Sequence record: NC_048170.1
Length of the DNA: 64,000 nucleotides
Strand: one strand, 5' to 3'
The notes under the pieces are model-generated. The model was not told the DNA's origin. It searched no databases and saw only the letters and a program-made list of their open reading frames with translations. The first letter of the stretch is position 1; each line of letters begins with the position of its first letter. A program made the translations under genes and the position numbers. This document shows, one piece after another, positions 30,496 to 39,800 of the stretch.

Positions 30496-30917
30496 TCGAT
30501 CCGCGATACGGGTTACACGACGGGCAACTTGTTCGTAATGATGAAAAAATCTGGGAATTGCTGTTAGCGCGTAAAGGCGATGGTGGCATGAAGCTGAACA
30601 TCGAAATGGGTATTGCGTACGATACCATGTTTGGCTTGTACGATCGTGTTAACGACTGGACGCCGTTGAAATGGGTGGCTCAGCATCCCGCTGAAGATCC
30701 CTGGGACAGATTAGGGATTAAACCCTTAATCGAGGATTATGTCCGATTCGGTATTAAAGAGTTCATGACGCTGGATGCGTTTTTAAAAGCACCGTATCCT
30801 TACGCGCAAACGGTACTCAAAATCGCACAAGACGAACTGCGGAAACGTAGTGCGGTACTGGACGACGATGAGGACAAGTTACGACGAGAAGAAGAACGTT
30901 TACGAAACGGAAAATAA
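30444..30917 (+). CDS. GT-like C-terminal extension reached by -1 frameshift (track ORF 30558..30917)
   Basis: The frame is open from 30396 to 30917, with its first ATG only at 30588. Confidence 0.55.
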   Translation, partial: YPKLRPISSGGDGRGILIDPRYGLHDGQLVRNDEKIWELLLARKGDGGMKLNIEMGIAYDTMFGLYDRVNDWTPLKWVAQHPAEDPWDRLGIKPLIEDYVRFGIKEFMTLDAFLKAPYPYAQTVLKIAQDELRKRSAVLDDDEDKLRREEERLRNGK

Positions 30918-30918
30918 A

Positions 30919-31428
30919 ATGGCGAGATTTACCAGTTTGATTGGATTGGACATTTGGGAAACACCGGCTGACGTTCGGGTTATTCCTGTCAACACCGTCG
31001 GTGTGATGGGACGTGGTCTTGCCAAGCAGGCTGCCGAGCGCGTGCCCGGTCTTCTTGAAGCGTACCGCAAGCAATGTCGAGATGGGTTTACGGTGGGTGA
31101 AGTCGTGTCATATCAGCATGGCGAGAACGATCAGCTCACCTACGTGTTGTTTCCATCAAAATCGGATTGGCGTGAAAGAACACGACGCGAGTATATCGTT
31201 AACGGTTTACTGGCGTTAAAAGCATGGTTATTGGAGCTTCAGTTCGAAAGAGACGGCTTCTCATACCACCGTCCGGCTGAACCGTTGATTGTCGCAATTC
31301 CTCCGGTTGGTTCTGGTTGCGGTAATATCGGTTACGGACAATCCGAAACAATCCAGCCTCAGTGGGTACGCGCACAAATCAAACAGTATCTTGCCACCGT
31401 ACCGAACGTTCATTTCTACTTGTTCTAA
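30919..31428 (+). CDS. Macrodomain protein (Poa1p/TARG1/DarG-like ADP-ribosylhydrolase)
   Basis: DIWETPADVRVIPVNTVGVMGRGLAKQ and IAIPPVGSGCG-type loops. Start moved to ATG 30919. Confidence 0.8.
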   Translation: MARFTSLIGLDIWETPADVRVIPVNTVGVMGRGLAKQAAERVPGLLEAYRKQCRDGFTVGEVVSYQHGENDQLTYVLFPSKSDWRERTRREYIVNGLLALKAWLLELQFERDGFSYHRPAEPLIVAIPPVGSGCGNIGYGQSETIQPQWVRAQIKQYLATVPNVHFYLF

Positions 31429-31438
31429 TGCAACGGTA

Positions 31439-31483
31439 ACATAACCCTCTCCCAACCCAGCAGGGAAGGGAGAGGGCTTATGC
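31439..31483. terminator. Bidirectional family hairpin between convergent genes
   Basis: ACATAA-CCCTCTCCC-AA-CCC-AGCA-GGG-AA-GGGAGAGGG-C-TTATGC. Confidence 0.7.
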
Positions 31484-31493
31484 TGTTATGCTA

Positions 31494-31868
31494 TTAATGT
31501 TCGTTCCAGATGGCATCTTCCGGTGGAACAATAGGATCTTTCCTTGGCATTGACGGCACTTCATGACGATGCTTACGGAACTGCCTATCAATAACCTCAC
31601 GAAGCCGGTACGCGTCAACCCATGTTGATTTATTGAACAGCTCCAATGTCACAGTTAATCGTGTTCTTGACATTGAATAGCTTTTCTTTGCAATCAAATT
31701 GGGATAATTCAGTTGAGCGAACCATGCACGTATTTGTGCTTCGGTAAAAGCGATGCTGTAATAACTAAGTTTACCGTCATTAAAATCGTGCGCGTGGGTG
31801 TAGCGTCCAGCGTAACGCCAGACAAGATGCACATTCAGATCGATCCATGGTGGGGTGGTATCAGCCAT
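31494..31868 (-). CDS. Conserved hypothetical protein
   Basis: 124 aa at the end of the tail-fibre operon. Confidence 0.6.
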   Translation of the reverse strand: MADTTPPWIDLNVHLVWRYAGRYTHAHDFNDGKLSYYSIAFTEAQIRAWFAQLNYPNLIAKKSYSMSRTRLTVTLELFNKSTWVDAYRLREVIDRQFRKHRHEVPSMPRKDPIVPPEDAIWNEH

Positions 31869-31877
31869 GTGTTACCC

Positions 31878-32447
31878 TCAACGATTCTTCATCACTTTAC
31901 CCAGGCTTTCGATATTATCCCAAAAGCGATTTTTACTTGGTGCATCGCCAACGATGACCGACATCAAATCGCGACGTTCACGACTGATGATGCCTTGTGA
32001 TTTCCAGATCACCATCGTCCAGCAAGCTGCCAGAACGAACAGATGGTTAATGCTCGGTTTGGTTTGTGCGATGAACGCAAGCCATGCCCAGATACCGGTA
32101 TATACTATCGTCACTAAAAAGAGGGAGATTGTTGCAACGACAACAACGAAGTTTTGGACAGCGGGTTGATTCGCGTTATCATGAATAGCGGTAAGATCAG
32201 GAAGGTTACCTTCAACTGAACTCGTTTCATCGATTTCCAATTCTTCGATTTCTTTTCGTGTGTCGGGAGCTAATCCGGCATCATCAAGATGCTTTTTTAA
32301 CCGCTGTATACTTAATCGTTGACCGACAGGAATGTTGATGTTGTCGTAACTATTAAGCGCATCAACCAGGGAGCGTCCATCAACGAGAACCAAGCTCGCA
32401 GTACCCATTGTCTGCGGTTTTATTTTGTAAAGGTCTTTTACTTTCAT
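31878..32447 (-). CDS. Two-TM membrane protein, possible holin-like
   Basis: Two hydrophobic helices (FVVVVATISLFLVTIVYTGIWAWLAFI; LFVLAACWTMVIW) and a basic C-terminus. Confidence 0.45.
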   Translation of the reverse strand: MKVKDLYKIKPQTMGTASLVLVDGRSLVDALNSYDNINIPVGQRLSIQRLKKHLDDAGLAPDTRKEIEELEIDETSSVEGNLPDLTAIHDNANQPAVQNFVVVVATISLFLVTIVYTGIWAWLAFIAQTKPSINHLFVLAACWTMVIWKSQGIISRERRDLMSVIVGDAPSKNRFWDNIESLGKVMKNR

Positions 32448-32468
32448 GTAGACACCACCTCCAACGTG

Positions 32469-35081
32469 TTAAGCGTCTGGTGTAAAATCAAAAGGAATGT
32501 CCGTACGAATGATATCATAACGTTTTCCTAATAAATAGAACTCTTCGGGAACCTGGCCGGGAATAATGCTATCGCCGATGAACTGCGGATACGCCCAGAT
32601 GTACTGAGTGAGTCCTTCGAACATATCCAGGTTATTTGCGTGGTTACCCATGATACGTTTCCAGAGTTCGCGTTTATACGGTGTTTTAACATCGAATCCA
32701 TAAAGCGGTGCAAGATCTTCACCAGGAACAAATCCCAGGTAATAATGGATCTGACTAACCGGGAAACCAAGCGTATCTCGCGGAATGGTGATCGCTTGCT
32801 CAGCCTTGGTGACATGCGTTTCAATAATCCAGTCGTAGCACTCCGAATAGAACCGATCGAATTTCTCTGGGTTATACCACGCTTTGGGAAGATTCAGTTT
32901 CTCCGTGAACGCGTTCGACATGATCGTCGGCAAGAACGGAAGAACGCCGGTTTTGATCTGCGTGTATTTCGATTTTACCCGGTTAACCAAATTCCAGCAA
33001 CTGTATCCTAATTGGTCGTTACAAAACTCAACGTAGAGATCGTAGTCACCACCGGATAACGGGTTGTTAATATCACCGATGTCTGCGGCGTATTTGTTGG
33101 GATATCGGTTATTGAAAGCCAGTTTGGTTTGGTAATCGTAGATACACGGTTTGTTGTTCGCTGTATTGATCCACCACCAGGGTTCACCTACTTGTACACA
33201 AATGTCCTGGACATGGGGGTAGATGATATCAGCAAACGCGGTTAACACATCCCCTAACCACGCCATCGCCTGTTGGTTACATGGAGACAGCAACCAGGAC
33301 GGTGGTGTATATCCGGTTGCTGCGATGTTTCCTTCCCAATCCTGCTGCGCCCACTCGAATGGACACGCCGTACTCATCAATTCGTAACTTAAACTGATGG
33401 TGACAGAGAAATGGTGTTTTGCAGCATATGCGGCGAAAGCTTCATGCCACGCGATACAGGGTGGATTTAATACATCCGTGGTGTTCACCAGTAACTTACC
33501 CGCACTTGGCGTCCAGACAGTATCGTAGAAATGCGACATTCCAACATAATGCACTAATTCATCCTGATATCCCGCATAAACCAGGTTTTCAAATACACGC
33601 TCTGGCGTGATGTTGTAATGGTCATCGTAAGCGGTTATCGCACGAAGTTCGTGTGGCGTACAATGATGGCGATTAACCGTCATTTCCTGATACACCCCAT
33701 CGATAGGAAGAATCTCGAGGGTTAAACCGAGGTCGATTGGCGTTTCCAGATAGGTCGTTTCAGTCGCATCTTCCTTATAATGTCGAGAACTCATGCTGAA
33801 CATCAACGACGTTACCGATTCAAGTTCGATAGGTTCGTCAGCATAGAACCCCGCCATTGCGTCATTGAAATCGATCGTCACGATTGCGCTTGTACCGTCT
33901 TCAGAGACGTCGGTCGCATATCGGGTTAATGAGATATACTGACGGCTATCGTCTTTGTGTACGATGGTTAGAACCGGCGGGTTTTCGGTATCTGCAAAGT
34001 TACGCTGATCGCCAGTAAACGTGATCTTCGCTTTAAAGATCAAACCGAATAACGACGTCATGGGATCATACGCAATACAACCGTGATCCAGCGTATCCGT
34101 TGTCCGCCATTCTATCCCGACCAACCCGTTAGCGGTATGGCATCGCATATACGCATTAAGGACCATGTCTTCACTGACAACCGCGAAGTTCTCTGTTGAC
34201 TGACCGTTGATAATCCAATACATCGGTTGCCAGAGGTTACGCGTACCTTTTGCGTAGCGGTAGGTTGGTGCGCCTTTAGGGTTGCCATTATTGAGATGGA
34301 ATACGGCAGTACCTTGATAATGGTCGTTCGTATTAATCGGAACACTGTAAGCATCACCGAGATCCGTACGTTCCACCTTCGTGACTGTTGCGTTTTCAAA
34401 CAACCCACGTAGCGCCGGTAAACCGATATCTTCAGGTGCGTTTTCTCGACGAATCGCATCCGCGATGCGGTGGGCTAAGGCGGGGTAAATGGCCTCACCC
34501 TGCTGTAGGTTTGCAAGACCTACAAAGCGATCGGGGTCGATGCCAGCAATCAATAACTCGACATCACCCTTCGTTCTATCGTCGTTAAGATATTTCAGTC
34601 CGGTAAGGTCAAGATGCTGAATAAGCGACAACAGGTTGTATTTACGGTTTTCAACAGTTAGTACAAGATCGCCTGCCCAAACCAAACTTCCCTCATCCGC
34701 TGTTACTTTAACGGATTGTCGGCCTGTGGTAGACGTTGTTGTCGTTTTATTTAATTGTCCTTGTAGGAAGTCGGTTGCGAGGTCAAAGGCAATGCCGTAA
34801 CGGTCAGCGACCGCTTGCATGATTTCACGTAACTGGGTATCTTCTTCAATGATAATCTTGATAGGTATTCCCAAGAACGCTTTAGCGAGGTCTCGTTTAA
34901 CCAACGAGACGAATACGGATTTGTAGTATCGGCTTCCATCTTTCCCTTTAAAAAGAATGGAGGTTGTTTCGGGTGCCGATAGAACACGTGCAAATTCAAC
35001 ATCGTCGAATGTAAGAGAAAGTCCGTTTTTCTCGTTGACCAATCTTAGTATTTCATTTTGCGCGGTTTCATGTAACTTCAT
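32469..35081 (-). CDS. Tail-associated protein: jumbo-phage N-terminal adaptor plus TIM-barrel (GH-like, DUF2460/NCTSP-like) domain
   Basis: N-terminus shared with 40868..41395. C-terminal motifs YVGMSHFYD, ISLSYEL, TGYTPPSWLLSP, QVGEPWWW and WAYPQ. Confidence 0.5.
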   Translation of the reverse strand: MKLHETAQNEILRLVNEKNGLSLTFDDVEFARVLSAPETTSILFKGKDGSRYYKSVFVSLVKRDLAKAFLGIPIKIIIEEDTQLREIMQAVADRYGIAFDLATDFLQGQLNKTTTTSTTGRQSVKVTADEGSLVWAGDLVLTVENRKYNLLSLIQHLDLTGLKYLNDDRTKGDVELLIAGIDPDRFVGLANLQQGEAIYPALAHRIADAIRRENAPEDIGLPALRGLFENATVTKVERTDLGDAYSVPINTNDHYQGTAVFHLNNGNPKGAPTYRYAKGTRNLWQPMYWIINGQSTENFAVVSEDMVLNAYMRCHTANGLVGIEWRTTDTLDHGCIAYDPMTSLFGLIFKAKITFTGDQRNFADTENPPVLTIVHKDDSRQYISLTRYATDVSEDGTSAIVTIDFNDAMAGFYADEPIELESVTSLMFSMSSRHYKEDATETTYLETPIDLGLTLEILPIDGVYQEMTVNRHHCTPHELRAITAYDDHYNITPERVFENLVYAGYQDELVHYVGMSHFYDTVWTPSAGKLLVNTTDVLNPPCIAWHEAFAAYAAKHHFSVTISLSYELMSTACPFEWAQQDWEGNIAATGYTPPSWLLSPCNQQAMAWLGDVLTAFADIIYPHVQDICVQVGEPWWWINTANNKPCIYDYQTKLAFNNRYPNKYAADIGDINNPLSGGDYDLYVEFCNDQLGYSCWNLVNRVKSKYTQIKTGVLPFLPTIMSNAFTEKLNLPKAWYNPEKFDRFYSECYDWIIETHVTKAEQAITIPRDTLGFPVSQIHYYLGFVPGEDLAPLYGFDVKTPYKRELWKRIMGNHANNLDMFEGLTQYIWAYPQFIGDSIIPGQVPEEFYLLGKRYDIIRTDIPFDFTPDA

Positions 35082-35103
35082 TAAAAACCTCTGCCCTTTA
35101 GAA

Positions 35104-35745
35104 TTAGATGTACTGCTTACCGCCCACGAAGGAAGTTAACCAGTTACCCGAAACAAGCTGCGAAGCCCAGCCAGGCACTGCCCTACCGTTCTGACTCATG
35201 ATGTTACCACACCAACCAGGGAATCCGGGACGGATGTAATAGAAAGTTAAATTGTAGAGATGGCAATTCCATACCGCAACGTTATGTTTACCAGAAACCG
35301 CTTTAAAGATAAATGCGACAGGTAACGGAGACGATAACAATTCGGTCACAGGGACGGCTGACCAGTTCGCATTCGCGTTCCATGGCTGCCAGGTATGGCT
35401 ACGCGAGTCACCGTTGACGTTACCGTTGCTACCGCGTCCGCCCGCGTTCCACCATAGCGACGGACTCATGTTCTTAAGTGAGGTAAATTGCTGCGGTGGA
35501 ATATTCGGAATGATAACAGGGTTGGTACCTTGTCCGTGTTTCTTTTCTTTTGCGTTCACATAGCCGTTTATCGATTCCAGGTATTTGACACCAGGATAAT
35601 TGTTCTGGACTTGTGTCGCAATATCACGAACGTCGAACGTCCAGCAGATCATGGTGTTGTAGTAAGCGTCGGTGTTATCGTGCCATGAGTTACCATCTTG
35701 TAAACGTGCGCCACTATTCGGTGTTTTATCTGTACTTATAGCCAT
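35104..35745 (-). CDS. Putative tail-associated beta-rich protein
   Basis: 213 aa, Trp/Asn/Gly-rich, within the tail operon. Confidence 0.5.
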   Translation of the reverse strand: MAISTDKTPNSGARLQDGNSWHDNTDAYYNTMICWTFDVRDIATQVQNNYPGVKYLESINGYVNAKEKKHGQGTNPVIIPNIPPQQFTSLKNMSPSLWWNAGGRGSNGNVNGDSRSHTWQPWNANANWSAVPVTELLSSPLPVAFIFKAVSGKHNVAVWNCHLYNLTFYYIRPGFPGWCGNIMSQNGRAVPGWASQLVSGNWLTSFVGGKQYI

Positions 35746-35884
35746 GGTCTTGTCCTATATGTTGGTGGTTGAGGTGGCGGATATCGGATGCGTGCTGGAC
35801 GTGAACCCTATAGTTCGCGCTATCGCCATTTTCTACCTCGTTTCTATTCTCAAAAAGGAAATTTCATACGATGACGCCATAGCA

Positions 35885-35914
35885 GCTCCTCCTTCCCTGA
35901 CGGGTTGGAGGAGC
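35885..35914 (-). terminator. Family hairpin, opposite orientation
   Basis: Minus strand GCTCCTCC-AA-CCC-GTCA-GGG-AA-GGAGGAGC, then TGCTATG. Confidence 0.6.
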
Positions 35915-35922
35915 ATACTTAA

Positions 35923-36426
35923 TTACTTACTGATAACCTCAACGGAATTGGGATCAGCGATCAACGCACGATCGGTAGAACAATTGAAGAAGACCATGCC
36001 AACACCATCGCCGTTCGAGTTCAGGGTTGAACTTGCGTAAGACAATGTTGGTTTATTCATGCGGTAGAAGCGTTCGCTGGTTGCGGTATTGAACCCCAGA
36101 TCAACGTAGTCTTTCACCGTGGTATACAACTGGGTGGACTCGAAAACGGTTACCGGAGAGTCGACGGTAAACTGACTACCTTCATCCACAACCAGAACTT
36201 TATCGTTCCAGATTTCAGTGGTTGAAAACTTCGGTTTCCAATGTTCGAATTCCTGGGTTGCGCCCCAGCAGGAATACACAGCGAGATTGCTGTTCTTCTC
36301 AACAGGTTTCAACCCCACCAGTTGTGTCAGGTCTTTATCCAGGTTCGGTAAGCCTTCCAGCGTAGCGCACCCACCCAGAGAAAGCACCATCAACATACCA
36401 AGAATAATCGCGCAAAGTTTCTTCAT
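35923..36426 (-). CDS. Lipoprotein
   Basis: Signal peptide II with lipobox: MKKLCAIILGMLMVLSLGG|C. Confidence 0.7.
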   Translation of the reverse strand: MKKLCAIILGMLMVLSLGGCATLEGLPNLDKDLTQLVGLKPVEKNSNLAVYSCWGATQEFEHWKPKFSTTEIWNDKVLVVDEGSQFTVDSPVTVFESTQLYTTVKDYVDLGFNTATSERFYRMNKPTLSYASSTLNSNGDGVGMVFFNCSTDRALIADPNSVEVISK

Positions 36427-36470
36427 CGTCGGATTTCCTTATGTGTTAACGGAAGTGATTTCCATAGTAA

Positions 36471-36887
36471 TTACTTAGCAGCAGGAAATTCCGGCCAATC
36501 GATATTTGGTGCAGCATCGGTATCGACAGCCGACACCGCGTCAACGTAATCCAAAACGGCGTTAAGTCGGGTCGTTTCTTCCGGAGTCAGTTTTCGCCCA
36601 GCCCGTAATTTTAACTGAATAAGATCGATGGAAGCCAGCGAAGAATCAATCAAAGATTGTTTTATCTGTTCTGCCTCGGCGACAAGTTCTTCGTGTTGCC
36701 GCTCGGGTTCCGGAGGCGCGATAAACTCGCCGTTTGAGTATAACCAACCTATTCCAGGTGACACAGCTGCCGTATCGCTAATGCTAACCAGCTGCTGATT
36801 GTCGAATATATCGAGCTCTGCTTCACCATCGTAAACAATCGTGTTTACTACCACTCCATTTTCAATAACAGCGTATAATGTACTCAT
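36471..36887 (-). CDS. Tail fibre assembly chaperone (Tfa-like)
   Basis: C-terminal QLKLRAGRKLTPEETTRLNAVLDYVDAVSAVDTDAAPNIDWPEFP is typical of enterobacterial prophage Tfa. The ATG overlaps the fibre stop (TAATG). Confidence 0.85.
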   Translation of the reverse strand: MSTLYAVIENGVVVNTIVYDGEAELDIFDNQQLVSISDTAAVSPGIGWLYSNGEFIAPPEPERQHEELVAEAEQIKQSLIDSSLASIDLIQLKLRAGRKLTPEETTRLNAVLDYVDAVSAVDTDAAPNIDWPEFPAAK

Positions 36888-39800
36888 TACATAAACTCCT
36901 CGATGATGCAAATCCCATTAGCACCACGCCCACCAGGCTTAGCGGTTCCTGAGTAAGAGTTATCGTAAGCACCACCACCACCCGAACCAGGCGCGAGGCC
37001 GTTATGGGCGGTGCCAACACCAGCGCGACCGCCACCGCCCCAATATGACGCACCCCCACATCCACCGACGGCAATAGTACCGGCTTGTCCATCGCTACCG
37101 TCTCCGCCCGGAATGCGTATATCCCCGGTAGCAGGTGCGCCCCCATAGCCACCGCCAGTGTTTGTGACAGTTGTTTTTCCTGCGCCTTGCCCGCCGGGAG
37201 CAGTTAGCAGGGATGCAAATTTACTATCCCCACCCCCGTTCCCAGACGTCGCCCCAGAGCCACCGGAACCACCAGAACCAATTATAACAGAATAACTAGC
37301 AGCTGTTACCGTTATAACCGAAATTACTGTTCCGCCAGCTCCTCCCCCAGCACCAAAAAACGTTTCGCTGTTGGAATAAGCCTGACAGCCACCGCCGCCA
37401 CCGCCGCCACCGGTTATTGTTACTCTAATCCGTTTTGTTCCTTGTGTTGGAGTGTACGTCCCTGACGATGTGAAAACACGCATGTTCAGTAAACGTCCGA
37501 CATATCCGCTAGAATCGGCTAAACCAAGATCTTTAGCTGCTAACGTGATATTAGCTGTACCATCGAAAGGTTTACCGTTAATCGTGCGCGCAGTTTGCAA
37601 CTTCGTCGCCGTGGCTGCGTTCCCTGATGTATTCTGGTTCCCCGCGACGTTAACACCTGGTAGATTGATGTTCGCACTACCGTCGAAAGACACCCCACCA
37701 ATGGTGCGGGCTGTTTTCAGTTTTGTCGCCGTGGCGGCATTCCCCGTAGTGTCTTGGTTTCCTGCTGCGTTAACACCCGGCAGACTGATATTTGCCGTAC
37801 CATCGAACGCGACACCGCCAATCGTCCTTGCCGTTTGTAGTTTTGTCGCCGTGGCGGCATTACCGGTTGTGCTTTGGTTACCGGTGGTGTTTACCCCAGG
37901 TAGGCTGATATTTGCTGTTCCGTCAAATGAAACGCCGCCAATCGTCCTTGCCGTTTGCAACTTCGTTGCGGATGCCGCGTTCCCCGTGGTGTTTTGGTTA
38001 CCTGTTGCATTCACACCAGGGATACTATCCTTAGATGTATAGATCTGTGCCCATTCCGACCAATTCGAATCGGCTGCATCCCGACGAGAACGAAGATAGG
38101 CTGGCGCATGCGCCCCCGATGTACCAGACCATCCAATAAGGATCTCACCTTCACCTACTGCGGTTGCGCCTTTAAGATGAATAATATTGCCGTACGCTGT
38201 AGGGTATCCGTTATTGTACGCTTCATACATCTGGATACCCGTATTGCTACCCTGGGTCGCATTAGCTAAAGCGGTGACCCGTCCCTTGGAAGCGAGCACG
38301 TTAATGCTAAAGCTAATATCAGTTGTACCGTCAAAGGCGACCCCATTAATCCTCCGTGCCGTTTGGAGTTTCGTGGCAGTAGCCGCATTACCAGAAGTGC
38401 TCTGGTTACCCGCTTTGTTCACACCCGGTAAATCAATGTTGGCAGTCCCATCAAACGACACACCCCCTATGGTTCTCGCCGTCTGGAGTTTTGTTGCTGA
38501 ACCGGCGTTTCCGGAAGTGCTTTGATTGCCCGCGGCGTTGACACCAGGTAGGTTAATGCTAGCAGAACCATCAAAAGAAACTCCACCGATCGTAATGGTC
38601 GTTTGCAACTTCGTGGCTGTCGCAGCGTTACCCGTCGTATTCTGATTACCAGCTGCATTGACGCCAGGTAATGCGATATCAGTTGTACCGTCAAAAGCGA
38701 CACCACCGATTTTACGGGCGGTCTGTAGCTTGGTTGCGCTTCCTGCGTTTCCGCTGGTGTCTTGGTTTCCTGCAGCGTTAACACCCGGTAGACTGATGCT
38801 GACCGAACCATCGAAACTCACACCACCGATCGTAACAGCGGTTTTCAATTTCGTGGCAGTAGCTGCGTTACCGGTTGTATTTTGATTGCCTGTCGCATTA
38901 ACGCCCGGTAATGCAATATCCGCTGTTCCGTCAAAGGCAACGCCACCGATTCTACGTGCAGTTTGTAGCTTGGTCGCTGTAGCGGCATTACCGCTGGTAT
39001 TTTGCGTGCCTGCTTTATTTACACCGGGAAGATCGATGTTAGCAGAACCGTCGAAGCTAACGCCACCTATCGTTCTTGCCGTAGCAAGTTTAGCTGCTGT
39101 AGCAGCGGCGTTACCGACTTTTAACCATTCGCCCCATGGACCATCCTGGCCGTTCCATGATGCCGTTAAACTACGTACGTAAATATTGCCGGTACGTACA
39201 GTGTAACGTTGTGTTCCACCGAATTGCCCGGTTGGGAGCACTTCAATGTAACCTGCGGCGTTTGCTTCAGGGAAATTGTGGGCGACGTCCGCGTTCGTCG
39301 TTATTGGTTTAGACCAAATACCCACAGATGCTTCGACTGGACCGAAGGTATTCAGATTTGCGTCCGTCGCCATAGCACCATTAAATTTCAGGTACGTCTC
39401 TGGCGATAATCCGATCGTTTTAGCAAACGCAACTTTATCTACGATATCACTACCGTTATTCCCTGCCTGCAATGCTGTCTTAGCTGCCTTTATGGTTTCT
39501 GTCAATCCAAGATACAGTAAGACCGCATCAACGCTTCCTTTGCTTAGCAGATTCAGACCTGTTGACGTTACGTTAGTTAGCCCGATTTGGTTCCGTCCAG
39601 TAAAATAAGGGAGTTTATTCGCATCTGTTGTTAGGTTAGACCACGCGGTCAGCAACGCGTTCAACGGTTGTTTACCCGCCAACGCATTGGTTACTGTCGT
39701 TGCGAAATTAGGATCGTTCCCTAAAGCTTGAGCCAGCTCATTAAGCGTATTTAGCGCTTCTGGAGACGAGTCGATCAGCGATGCGATAGCACGCATCACA

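Noticed and set aside
37540-39115. Regularly spaced repeats suggesting a CRISPR array
   Set aside because: The units are 120-bp in-frame coding repeats with synonymous variation and no unique spacers; no cas genes are present.
37452-39608. Repetitive plus-strand ORFs opposite the tail fibre
   Set aside because: Antisense artefacts of the repeat array.
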